Shown: positions 1 through 64,000 of the stretch, in pieces
Layout: each line of letters opens with the position of its first letter
Position numbering within the stretch: the first letter of the stretch is position 1
Assembly: GCF_009914755.1 (NCBI RefSeq)
Contig: NC_060925.1
Source: the human T2T-CHM13v2.0 reference genome, Homo sapiens
DNA length: 64,000 nt
Reading direction: 5' to 3' (one strand)
The notes under the pieces: generated by a model
Told to the model about the DNA's origin: nothing
Seen by the model: only the letters and a program-made list of their open reading frames with translations
The model's database searches: none
Translations under genes and position numbers: made by a program

Positions 1-184
1 GCCAGTACTCATTGTATTAAATGCCGTATGTGAAATGCCCCTAAATATTAAGGTTTAACTCTCAATTTATGAAACTGCTTTTTAAAATAAGCATATTCAT
101 TCACAAACCTTTTTATTTTGTTATTTTTATTTTTTTTAACCTTTTTCTTTGTGTCAGACATTATTATAGGTACTGTGGATCCAA

Positions 185-1186
<1,002 letters not shown>

Positions 1187-1189
1187 TAG

Positions 1190-1750
1190 GAATTGAGTTT
1201 TGAAGGATGAGTTTAACAGGCTCTGAGGGAGGCTCTATTCAGAGAACAGCATGAGCAAAGGCATGTGGTCAAAAGATGGTTTGCTGTAGCTGGACATAAT
1301 GTAATGTTCAGTGTGGCAGAATTACAGTGGATTGAAAGGAATTTGTGGGAGGTTAGGTCCAGAGAGTTGGCCACGTTGTGAAGTGCGTTGTTTGCCCACA
1401 GTTTGGATCTTATACTGTAAGCAGCGGGAAATTGTTAAAGACTTTTAGGCAGGAGAATGATGAAACCATGTTATTTTATTTATTTTTCAGTAAATTAGTG
1501 TTGGTGTTATTGAATGATATGTAAGAGATTGGTGCGAGGGAGATCAGTTCAGGAGCTCTTGTTACAGTCCTAGTGAGAAACGAAGAGGATATAGACTATA
1601 GCAATGGATTGGAATGAATTTTCCTAGCTGTTAATGATAGGATTGGGTGATGCCATCATATGGGGGGGGTGGTGAAAGAAAAGAAATCAAGGATGACTTA
1701 GGTTATAGTTTGGTAGTTGGGTGGTAATAATCATTAACCAGAACTTTTGT
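1190..1750. mobile_element. L2 LINE remnant
   Basis: L2-like text (gagttttgaaggatgagt...agaacagcatgagcaaaggc...aatcaaggatgact). Confidence 0.55.
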
Positions 1751-2215
1751 ATACAAATTATTATTCATCATGCCATTCAAAGTTATATATCTATTTTATT
1801 GTTGCTGTTACCTAGACATTTATGAAACTTTTTGGTATACCATCAGATCAAGTTTAGAAACTCATTATATTACAGTCATATAATGTATGACTATAATAAG
1901 ATAAATTATAGTCACATCTTGTTTTGGACTAAAAATGGTATTCAGTTTGATCACATAGACTTGGCTTTGAATAACTTTTTTTTTCCAGAAATCAAATTTA
2001 TTTTCAGTGGATGAGTATTTTTGTCACCACTGAGGGTTTTAAAAAGAATGTGATGCAAATTCTAAAGACCTCGGGGAGACCAGTGATAATATGTTACATA
2101 TATATGTGGTGTATTGTAGTTTAGACAATGCTTTCCTGTATGTTTTCTTGTGCAGTCCCCTCAGCAACCAATAAGGTAGGTATTATCAATCCCATTTTAT
2201 AACTGAAAACGCTGA

Positions 2216-2568
<353 letters not shown>

Positions 2569-3386
2569 CAGTCTTGATTTTTTACTTCCCAATGTTATTT
2601 TTACATTACCATTGCTGCCCCAATCCAGAGAAGAGTTTCAAAAATGATTTCAGCAATGATTACATTTTGGGGAGACATGTTAATGCATTTAGAAGGGGCA
2701 ACAATAACTAGAAATTGTAAGTTCTGGCTTGTCAATTAAAAATACAGAGTTCCTGTTTTCACATGAAAGGGAAGGATAATTACTTTTGTCATATTTCAAA
2801 TAAGGTTATGGCATTTGTGCAGCTAGTTTCTGTGAGGGCCTTGTAGAAAGTTTACATTGATATTTGTCTGGGAAACAATAGCGCTAGACAGAGAGGGCAC
2901 GCCATAGATTCCAACCCACATCTGCAAACTCTTGCTGGGTAGCTGAGTGACTGGGCCTAGCCTGGTGTGAGGAATGCGTGCCCTGCAACTTCAGAGTCAC
3001 AATTCAATTGATTAAAAGAGATTTGTTCCCACTTCTTTCTGGGAGCCTTGGGTATACAATGTCTGTATTCACCTCTTGCCTTCAAAGCTGGAAAGAGGGA
3101 AGAGCTGAAGAAGGAAGTGTTCGTTAGATTTTTTTCCTTTAAATAGTGGGCCCTTCTAGTGTACTAATATGAAGCTTTTGAAAAGTTTGTGCATCTAATA
3201 TCAATGGTGTGAGGGACATCATGAGCTTTTTTAGAAGATCATTAGATCTGTATGAGATCTTGTGTCCTAGTGCCTTGCAAGTAGTGGATATGCAATAAAC
3301 TTTTGTAGAATCAATGTGTTTTTAAGTTTTAGTCCCAGAAATTCACTCTATTTACCTTCTTAAATGCTTTTGGAAAGATTTGATAC

Positions 3387-3432
3387 AATGATGTGACTGA
3401 AGGATATAATGATGTGACTGAAGGGTATAATG
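3387..3432. repeat. 21-bp tandem duplication
   Basis: aatgatgtgactgaaggatat / aatgatgtgactgaagggtat / aatg. Confidence 0.9.
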
Positions 3433-3452
3433 GTCGTGTGTTTTTCATAGTA

Positions 3453-3683
3453 CACAATGAACATCCCTTTTCTGAAAAGCTTGGGACCAGAAATATTTAG
3501 GATTTCTGATTTTTTTCAGATTTTGGAATATTTGCATTATACTTAACTGGTTACATGTCACTAAGCTGAAATCCAAAATATTCCAGTGAGCATTTCTTTT
3601 GAGCATCATGTCAGCACTTAAAACATTTTGGGTTATGGAGGGTTTCAGATTCTGGATTTTCCACAGTAGGGGTGCTCAACCTG
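3453..3683. mobile_element. Tigger4a/MER46-like TcMar DNA transposon
   Basis: TA-flanked, ends gctcaacctg, internal gcttgggaccagaa...ttttggaatatttgcattatac. Confidence 0.8.
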
Positions 3684-3990
3684 TACCGTGTAAACTTTGG
3701 ATCAGTTAAATTCTCCTTAGAATGCCTAGGCACATCTTAGTTTTTGACTTGAAAAGCAATTCTGGCACTGATGTATACATTTCAAAAATGGCAATTTTTA
3801 AGTAGAAAACTTTCATGGGGTCAGTAAAAATTTTTTTTATTCCCATTTTTTTGCACATTATAATAATTACATGAAAGACTTTTTGACTTGAAATTCATTC
3901 AGGATATCTGGAGTTTGACTGATGTTAGTTCCTGAAATGAACTAGCTTAATATTTAGGATGCTCTCTTCACAAACCCCTTGTACTCTTAA

Positions 3991-43877
<39,887 letters not shown>

Positions 43878-44614
43878 AGAAAGGAGGCTCCCAGCATCAT
43901 CTTCCTACACATTATTACATTCACCCATCTTTCTGTTTGTCATTCTTATCTCCAGCCTGGGAAAAGTTCTCCTTATTTGTTTAGATCCTTTTGTATTTTC
44001 AGATCTCCTTGGAGCAGTAGAGTACCTGGTAGACCATAATAGTGGAAAAGGGTCTAGTTTTCCCCTTGTTTCTAAAGATGAGGTGGCTGCAAAAACTCCC
44101 CTTTTTTGCCCACAGCTTGCCTACTCTCGGCCTAGAAGCAGTTATTCTCTCTCCATATTGGGCTTTGATTTGTGCTGAGGGTCAGCTTTTGGCTCCTTCT
44201 TCCTGAGACAGTGGAAACAATGCCAGCTCTGTGGCTTCTGCCCTGGGGATGGGCCGGGTTGGGGGGTGGGTTGGTGAGGCTTTGGGTGCCACTGCCTGTG
44301 GGTTGCTGGCTTAAAGGACAATTCTCTTCATTGGTGAGAGCCCAGGCCATTAACACCTACACAGTGTTATTGAAAGAAGAGAGGTGGGGGTGGAGGGGAA
44401 TTAGTCTGTCCCAGCTAGAGGGAGATAAAGAGGGCTAGTTAGTTCTTGGAGCAGCTGCTTTTGAGGAGAAAATATATAGCTTTGGACACGAGGAAGATCT
44501 AGAAAATTATCATTGAACATATTAATGGTTATTTCTTTTTCTTGGATTTCCAGAAAAGCCTCTTAATTTTATGCTTTCTCATCGAAGTAATGTACCCTTT
44601 TTTTCTGAAACTGA

Positions 44615-44620
44615 ATTAAA
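44615..44620 (+). terminator. SDHC: SDHC proximal poly(A) signal ATTAAA
   Basis: ATTAAA about 740 nt after the stop, with upstream TGTA and T-rich element and downstream T-rich sequence. Confidence 0.75.
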
Positions 44621-46172
44621 TACTCATTTTATCTTTGACTCTCCTTGAAATCTAGAGAAACCAAGAAAATGGCTGTTGGGAAGGAACCAATTTCCTCCTC
44701 TTCCCTCGGGTCTCAGGCATTTACATCCTCCCTCTCCCCGCAATCTGACCTTTACCAGGAGGGAAACAGTTCTCCTACATCTCATCATTGGAAAAGTTTT
44801 CAGGGAATCAGATAGAACTTAGCCAGAGATTTAAATATCACAGAAAAGCCTCAGAGAAGGAAGGAGAAAAAGAAAAGAAGTGACGCATGTAGAGTGCTTT
44901 TGGGTTATAGGCACCAAAATCCCATTAAGGACTGATTATAAGCTTCATGGTACAGTTCAGCAAATTATGATTCATTGAGGGGCACAGAGGACCAGTGTTG
45001 GTGACAGCTAGGGGATGATGACCTGAGGTTATAGGCTTGGGGTGAATGAAGCATAGAGTTTTTTTTTAAAAAAGAAGGGATTGTTGAAAACCTGGCAAAA
45101 ATGTATAATTTAATGAGAAAACTTGCTGCTTTTAAAATCCATATAGGCCAGGCTTTAGCAGGCATGCTGTTTTGATAGTTTTTGGGAACTCTGGAATAAG
45201 AGACTTATCTCATCTGTCACTTCGAGTTGTTGGCCAGCCAGTTAAAGCTGTGGGTCGAAGAGGGGAAATGTTAACTGGCTGGTGTCAATTGGATAGGAAG
45301 ACCTTAGTTAAGGTGGGGACCCGCTGTTTTAACAGTCTTCATTCAGGGTCCCAAATAGTATTTGGCTTTAAGTAATGATTGGTTTTCCCTTTTTACTAGA
45401 GGGGCCCTGGGAAGTCCTTGTACCTTTCCTCCATTTTAAACCAGCTGTTCTCTACTTTGTCCTTGGAATGAGGGACAAGTGATCATGACAGAACACTTTG
45501 TCATTGGGACTGGGAAAGGTTTGGCAAGGGCATTAAATTTAACAGCCAGTGCCAGGAAAATATAAAATGGGGTCAATGATAAACAGCTGTTAGAGGCTGG
45601 AAAATGGGTAGGGCAGTTGAATTTTTTGGTGGTTTCGTACCATTTGGGTGATTGAAGCATGGTAGTGGGTGGGTGGGGGGTGTGACAGAGCATCATGTTT
45701 GTTATTCTGCCTTAAATTTCTACTTACTGTCTTTTTCTTCTCTGTCTTCCAATCACTTTAATATCTTCAATTTTCAAACTATATTTGTACTTGGGCTTAG
45801 ATAGAAAGTCTTACACAAGCATAGTATCTTCTACTTTGGTTTTCCCTACCTTTTCTTCCCCACCTTCTCCAAACACACATATACATACTCTACTCAATTC
45901 TATTTCTGATTTTGTAGTTGTTAGTTGTCCATGCTCAGGATAAAAAATGAGTGGGTAGGGTTGAGGGACTGGTTCTTTGAGGTTCTGCCCTTTTTCCATG
46001 ATTCAGACCAACTTTCTCTTGGTCATTTCTGGAGTATAACTGACTCAATTCTTGTAAAAATGTGTTCCACCCAAACCACTGTATGTTCTTTTCCCTACTT
46101 TATTTTCTCCTACCTTCCTTCTCCTAATTGTGTTACAAGAGGCAGCCATAGCAAGAATGGAAAATCCAGATC

Positions 46173-46178
46173 AGTAAA
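46173..46178 (+). terminator. SDHC: Candidate distal SDHC poly(A) signal AGTAAA
   Basis: Variant hexamer followed by A8 (46188-46195); internal priming cannot be excluded. Confidence 0.4.
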
Positions 46179-46196
46179 AGATTCAACAAAAAAAAG

Positions 46197-46202
46197 TTTA
46201 TT
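46197..46202 (-). terminator. CFAP126: CFAP126 poly(A) signal AATAAA
   Basis: TTTATT on +, about 207 nt after the CFAP126 stop codon. Confidence 0.8.
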
Positions 46203-46408
46203 TTCCAAATTTGCTTTTACTCCCACCCCAAAATTTCCCTGTTTCACAGTTCTGACTGGGGGCTCTTGTTTATTTCACTGAGTCGCTATACGGGTTTTTC
46301 AGTGTGTGGCCACTTGGTCCATATGAAGTTCCAGGTTTGTATTTCTGGACCTCAGCTAGATTAGGCCCTGCCCAGAGTTCTAGCATACGTGGACTTCCAG
46401 GTGGGCTC

Positions 46409-46594
46409 TTAGGATTTGGCTGGTCTTTGGGGACCTGGAGTATGACCTGCAGAGGGGTGTGAGCTTTGGAGTTCATCTGGGGAATTGAGGTTGGCAGCTG
46501 GGGAGCTTGGAATTATGGTTGGACTTCGTGCTTGTTGTACAGTCTTTGTGATAGACTTCTTTCTGAGTTTCTTCTGACTGTCTGGATCATGGGG
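46409..46594 (-). CDS. CFAP126: CFAP126 exon 5 coding part
   Basis: cactgacag|CCCCAT...AAATCCTAA; S/P-rich tail ending PAKS*. Confidence 0.95.
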   Translation of the reverse strand, partial: PHDPDSQKKLRKKSITKTVQQARSPTIIPSSPAANLNSPDELQSSHPSAGHTPGPQRPAKS

Positions 46595-49312
46595 CTGTCA
46601 GTGATAAGAGTGGGAGAGATAGTCATGTCTCTGGTCAGGCCCGGATCATTCCTAATGCACCTCAGGATTCTAACTCCCTTTCTCCCCATACCATGGGCAG
46701 TAGATCAAGTTTCAAATAAGAAAAGTTAAATTTGATTTCTCTAACCACCCTCCCCCACCTTGAGATTAGATCATTTTCTACTGTTGGGGGTATGATGTCC
46801 TTAGCCCATCCCTTCAGGCCTCAGAAGGTGATTAAGGACTAGTCAAGATAAGACAAATTGGTTAGAGGTCCCCCATGCTGGGATAGTGGTGGCATAACAA
46901 TAGACATTTTTTGAGGTTGAAAAGAAATTGAGACTACAGGGTTTTGGGTTAGATGGGAAGAATAGATACCTTGCCTAAGATTTCAGGACACAGCCCATTG
47001 GAGGCCTTGAGTAAATCAGGATTTTTCTGTATCCATTTGGTGAGGGAGGCAGCACCAGCAGTTGTACGGGAGGTCAGGGTCACCCGAGCAGGGGGTATCT
47101 TCAGAGGCATTTGCCAGGTGCCCATGAAGGAACCCCAAGGATTTGCCTAAAAATGAAAAGGGATTCCTCAGTAGGGCTTCTCACTCCCAGTAACTGACTT
47201 AGACCTCTGTATTATTTCCTTTCTTTACCTTTAGGAATGCATGGTTATGAAACAAGACTGAAAGCATAATCTTCCCACCCTTCCTTATCCCCCTCCCTCA
47301 TTTAGGCTTTGCAGGCCTAATTTTTTCATCCCCTTTACTCTGCCAACTTAAATTCCACATCCTTAGGCCGAGTGTGGCAAAGGAGTACCCACTGCACAAA
47401 TGTCATCACCTGAAGGCTTTCATTTATACAGATCATTGATCAATTTAAGAACTTCTGAAGGGTGCTAAACACAACTCTATCCTGCTGGGTAAGCTGGCCG
47501 GAAGTTCAGGGGCTCTCACATTACAACATGAATTAGATTAAACTTTAATTTTCCCGATAATGGCTGTGAGAGACTGCACATCTCCCAGTTCTGTGCCTTA
47601 ATTATTTGACTTTCTTGATAGGAGTGAAGATAGTATCTCACCTTGGAACGGGGCACAGAAGGCAGTAGATGACCACGATCGTTGGCAATAATTTGAGTGT
47701 AGCCTTCATGAGAAGAGATGCTCTGGGGTACAAGTGGGAGAGATAAAGGTTTGTGAGGGGAAAAAGGGAAGTATTTGGGGAGCTTGGTCAGAGAAGGATA
47801 TGGGAGTTTAGAGAATGCTAAAAGGAGTTAATTGACAGGGAGAGCATGAGGCTATCTTGTAGGTGCACTGAACATGGAATACCTCTTTTGTTGGCTTAGT
47901 GGGAGACCAGTTCTGCAGATACTTGGATGAGAAAGCCTTTTCATACTGTGGAGAGAAAGATAAGTAGCCCTATGAGACTTCAAGGCCCCAAACCCAGGAA
48001 ATGAAGACTAGGCACAATTCTTTAGATTTGAAGACCAAAGGCCTGACCAACCATGTAGGCTTTAAGTCACTATGACAAGGGTGTAATTTGTTTGGTCTAG
48101 ATGTGTGCTGTCCAGCATGGAGCCGGGAGCCACATGGAGCTGTTGAGCACCTGAAATATGACTAGTTCAAATTGAGGTGCTTTGTAAATATGAAATATGC
48201 TGAATTTTTAAGTTTTTTTCTTTTCTTTTTTTTTTTGAGATAGGATCTTGGTCTGCCACCTGGGTTGGAGTCAGTGGCATGATCCTAGCTCACTGCAGCC
48301 TTGGACACCTGGGTTCAAGCGATCCTCCTCCCTCAGACTCACAGGTAGCTGGGACTACAGGTGCATGCCACCATGTCCAGCTAATTTTTAAATTTACTTG
48401 TAGAGACGAGGTCTCACCATATTGCCCAGGGTGGTCTCAAACCCCTGGCCTCAAGCGATCCTTGTGCCTCAGCCTCCCAAAGTGTTGGGATTACAGACGT
48501 GAGCTACAACACCCAGCAGGTTTTGGAGATTTAGTACAAAAAAAGAACGTAAAATGTCTGATTATAATTTTTTAAATACTGATTAAATGTTGAAATAATA
48601 TTTGGATTTATTGGGTTAAATTCAATATATTTAAATTTTATGTTTTAATTTTTTCATGTAGCTACTAGAAAATTTAAAATTACATTTGTGGGTCGCACTC
48701 TTTTTGTTGGGCAGCACTGGTCTAGATCAGGAGTTGGTAAACTATGGCCTATGGGCCATATCCATATTGCTGCCTGTTTGGGGATGGCCTGAGAGTAAGG
48801 GTGATTTTTATAGATGAACATTTACAATTGATTCAGTCAAATGGAACACTAACTTTGAATCCCAGTTAAGTGAAATGTTTTCTCAACCCCCAAAATTCCA
48901 TTATTTTCATTAGTAGTACAAAAAATTGTACTCAGTTATATTTTGAATTTGTCAAAAATGTTATGGAAAAATGTTTTTCTTTAATTATGCAAGTAGCTAC
49001 AGAATATTTTTGACTTTGCCACTTGGCCTGCAAAGCCTAAAATTTTTACACTCCGCCCTTTTACAGAAAAAAAATTGCCAACTTCTGGTTTACACCCTAC
49101 AAATTTAACCAAGAGATACCTTTGGATCGCCCCTGGGCTCTCTCTATCCCTGAGGAGGTAAAATATTATCTCACTCCACTCTCAGCTATCTGTTCAAAGA
49201 TCAGAATCCTATGAGAGGGGACAGTCCAAAGATAGAATCTGAAAAACAAAAGTAAACGTTAAAGAAATGGAGAATGGGAACTTACCTGGTTGGCACTGTA
49301 GTTAGTGGCCAT
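46409..49312 (-). CDS. CFAP126: CFAP126 / Flattop (C1orf192), 177 aa: complement(join(46409..46594,46970..47146,47642..47722,47883..47945,49286..49312))
   Basis: Five GT/AG-bounded exons (27,63,81,177,186 nt) give [76 protein letters not shown]...[15 protein letters not shown]...GPQRPAKS*; Flattop motifs [27 protein letters not shown]. Missed by the ORF track. Confidence 0.97.
46970..47146 (-). CDS. CFAP126: CFAP126 exon 4
   Basis: catttttag|GCAAAT...GGCAAG|gtatct; [14 protein letters not shown]...GLCPEILGK. Confidence 0.95.
47642..47722 (-). CDS. CFAP126: CFAP126 exon 3
   Basis: accccag|AGCATC...TCCAAG|gtgaga; [27 protein letters not shown]. Confidence 0.95.
47883..47945 (-). CDS. CFAP126: CFAP126 exon 2
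   Basis: ctctccacag|TATGAA...AAAGAG|gtattc; [21 protein letters not shown]. Confidence 0.95.
48103..48719. mobile_element. MER33 (hAT-Charlie) with an AluJ inserted (~48213-48517)
   Basis: TIRs gtgctgtcca / tgggcagcactg; perfect 8-bp TSD GTCTAGAT (48095-48102, 48720-48727). Confidence 0.8.
48728..49087. mobile_element. MER58B-like (hAT-Charlie)
   Basis: caggagttggtaaactatggcc ... tttacagaaaaaaaattgccaacttctg. Confidence 0.75.
49286..49312 (-). CDS. CFAP126: CFAP126 exon 1 coding part (MATNYSANQ)
   Basis: aagatcATGG Kozak context; CAG|gtaagt donor. Confidence 0.95.
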
Positions 49313-49322
49313 GATCTTGTGC

Positions 49323-49377
49323 TGTTTACACTCGTTGCTTGGCAACTGCAGAAGGCCGACCTCCTGGGACTACCAAT
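49323..49377 (-). promoter_or_regulatory. CFAP126 proximal ciliary-gene module: forkhead TGTTTACA, RFX X-box GTTGCTTGGCAAC, CCAAT box
   Basis: TGTTTACA 49323-49330, near-palindromic X-box 49334-49346 and CCAAT 49373-49377, all within 65 bp of the ATG. Confidence 0.75.
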
Positions 49378-49619
49378 GAGCAGAGGCTGCCTTTCTCTTC
49401 TGCTTATTATTATTCACTTCCTTGGCTCACACTGCCCCCATTTGTTTTCTCTGGAACTTAGATTCATTTTTATTTTACAGACGGGAAAGACTGAGTAAAT
49501 GTGAGAAAATTAGCTGAATAGCCACTACTTTTTTTCTGGCATAACCTACCCCTGCTTAAGAACTTCCACGGGCCTTTGATTGGGGTTTTTAACCACTTTA
49601 ACAAACCATGTAACCCTGA

Positions 49620-57143
<7,524 letters not shown>

Positions 57144-58229
57144 AGGGTTTAAATAAAGAAAGAGAGAAAGAATGGGTTTACCTACCTATTAAAAGAAAAT
57201 AGTTTTCACATTGACAAAGCAAAGTCCAACACTGTGCTATATAAAAGAGCTACATCTAAGAAGAGTTTCAGGAAGCCTAAATAAATGACTAAGAGATGTA
57301 CCAGAATTTATTCCTAAATGTAAGCAGGGGTTGCAGTTGTAATTATCCATCAAAGTAGAATTCTGACTAAAAAGCATTACTTTTAATGAGAAAAGAGAAA
57401 GAAATTTTAGCCACAATTTTTATAAAGATAATGACATTTTATACAAGGAGAAATAGAAGCACACTATAATAGGAGGACTAACAAATCCCTCAGATCTAGA
57501 AAGGTCAAGTGAACAATAAGTTAGGATACAGAAGACCTAAACAACATAATAAATATATTTAAGTAGATTTAATAATATTAAACTCTGAACCTTAATAATA
57601 GAGAATAAACTTTTTAAAAAAATGCGTAAAGGGCTGGGCGTGGTGGCTCATGCCTGTAATTCCAGCACTTTGGGAGGCCGAAGCGGGTGGATCATGAGGT
57701 CAGGAGTTTGAGACCAGCCTGGCCAACATGGTGAAACCCCATCTCTACTAAAAATACACAAAATTAGCTGAAGATGGTGGTGGGCGCCTGTAATCCCAGC
57801 TGCTCGGGAGGCTGAGGCAGAATTGCTTGAACCCAGGAGGAGAGGTTGCAGTGAGCCGAAATCGTGCCACTGGACTCCAGCTTGGGCGACAGAGTGAGAC
57901 TCCATATCAAAAAAAAAAAAAAAAAAAGAAAAAGAAAAAAAGAAAAAAATGCATAAAGCATTCACAAAAATGTGGCACATTCACATCCTAAGCTACAAAG
58001 AAAATCTCAGTGTATCCAAAGTGAAGAAACAATAATTCAAATAGTATTATCTGACCAAAATGTAATACAATTAGACAAATCAAACAATAAAACAAAAAGG
58101 CCTCTTCCAAAGGGAATTTTATTTGCACACACTCACACTCACTCTCCCATACATTTCCCCAAAGGGAAATTTCAGAACGTGTTAAACCACTCCTGGGTCA
58201 AGGGGGAAATGCAAAATAAATTGCAGGGG

Positions 58230-60820
<2,591 letters not shown>

Positions 60821-61923
60821 AAGTTTTTGAAAATAGCAATGAAAACCCCCAGAATTTATGGGAAACAGCAAAAACAGCTATGAGGGAAAGGTTTATAGCA
60901 TTAAATACCTATATAAGTAAAAATAAATAACAATCCAACTCAAAATATTATACACAAAACCCAGGGTAAACCGAATGACACAAAAATAAGAAATTAGTAA
61001 AAATAAAGGCAGAAGTTAATGGGTTTGAAAACAACAACAATAACAATAACAATGGTAGCATTATATTAATTAAAGAATCCAAAACTGTTTCTTTGTAAAA
61101 ATAATTTTGATAATTTCCTAGCTAAGGAAAGCACAAATCCATGAATCTGGAAATAAAGTGACACAAAAGAAGAAATTTGAAAAATATTCTTGTAAAAATA
61201 TTTTAAAATCTACATTAAATGGATTTTTTTAGAAAATCCAATTTAACAAAATTTGCCCCTATAGAGACAGCAAATTTAAACCGGCCAAGTAACATAAAAT
61301 AATCATAGAAACTAGTTAAGGAGTTCCCCTACAAAACAAAGCAGGCCCAGATCGTTTTACAGATGATTCTACCAAACTTTAAAAAACAAATCTTTAATTT
61401 TTAAAACTATTTTAGACTATGACAAAAAAGGGAAAACCCCCAAAATCATCTTGCAAAGTAAGTATAACATTGATTTCCAAACCTCAATTTTAGAATCGTG
61501 ACAAAGACTGTAACAAAAAAAACCATTATAGATCAATTTCACTTTTGTATTAATATTGATACATATATATAAAACATTAGCAAAGTGAATCCAACAGCAT
61601 GTTAAAAAATATTTATCATGACCAACTGGATAATATTCCAAAAATGCAAGAACATATAATATTAGGAAATCTATTAATATAATCCACCATATTAATTGAT
61701 CTAAGGTGGAAAAAATGTTTGATTATCCCCATAGATGCAAATTGATAAATTTTACATAATAACAAAAAAAAGTAAAAAGACTAATGGGAAAAGAAATTTA
61801 TAAATTACATTACAAAGGAGTAATATATTTGATTCAGGAAAAACTTCTAAAAATAGGGAAGAAAAAGACTAATAGCTCTGTAAAAAACTGGGCTAGAAAA
61901 TGGGGCCAGCCTGATCTGTCCTA

Positions 61924-63460
<1,537 letters not shown>

Positions 63461-64000
63461 AGTGATTACCTTTAGGGAGAGAGAAGGAGTGATATGGAAG
63501 GTGTGGAGGTAGATGATAAACTTATTTAAATATGCCTTGTTTTATAGCGTTTATTTTGAAACCCAAGTATTTTACATAGTTATAAAACAAAATTTTAAAA
63601 ATTTCTAAAATAAATAAATAAATTCTCTTCATTTTTACAACAAAAAGATTTTTAAAGAAGAGATAGTTGGCTATAATACAAAAGCTATATAAACAAGTTA
63701 ATACCTCTGCTTCCTCTCAACTTGACACAGATCATATTGTTTTCTTTCTTGAGATTAAGTCTCCCTCTAGTGGAGACTAGTTTTACAACTAATCCCCAAC
63801 ACCCAGCACCACAAAGGAAAATATCCTTTGCCTATTTCCTCCTGCTGCTGTAAAATTGTATATTTTAGGTATCAGAGTCTTGAGAAGGAGGACGTGGTAG
63901 AAGATACTGAGCAATGGGATAGTAAAGAGCTGGGGACAGAGTTAAGTTTTATAAGGAATTAGGGATATGAGAAGCTCTAAGAGCCAAGATTTGGGTTATT

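Noticed and set aside
46270-47150. ORFs 46270..46476 (-), 46466..46729 (+), 46953..47150 (+)
   Set aside because: Off-frame or antisense to CFAP126 exons 4-5.

Overview
Human (primate) genomic DNA; the gene content matches the SDHC-CFAP126 locus (1q23.3, placement from recall). The + strand carries SDHC exons 2-6 (succinate dehydrogenase cytochrome b560 subunit; exon 1 lies upstream of the window) and its 3' UTR. The - strand carries the complete 5-exon CFAP126/Flattop gene (177 aa), tail-to-tail with SDHC, with an RFX X-box, forkhead site and CCAAT box just 5' of its ATG. At 58.2-60.8 kb is a processed RRM2 pseudogene that sits in an old L1 and has lost its C-terminal half at an Alu insertion. 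The rest is dense repeat: roughly 70 Alu copies or fragments by eye, a MER41-family solo LTR, a two-LTR MLT1 element, Tigger and Charlie DNA transposons, and L1M, L2, MIR and L3/CR1 remnants. Almost all ORFs in the supplied track are Alu read-through artefacts. I found no evidence for a wholly new biological system. The best leads are an Alu-BC200 chimeric retrocopy under one TSD, a dual-donor (in-frame vs poison) micro-exon and a second candidate poison exon in SDHC, overlapping convergent poly(A) signals, templated-insertion repair scars, and an old 57-bp duplication in intron 5. Repeat subfamily names are from recall of consensus sequences and repeat boundaries are approximate.
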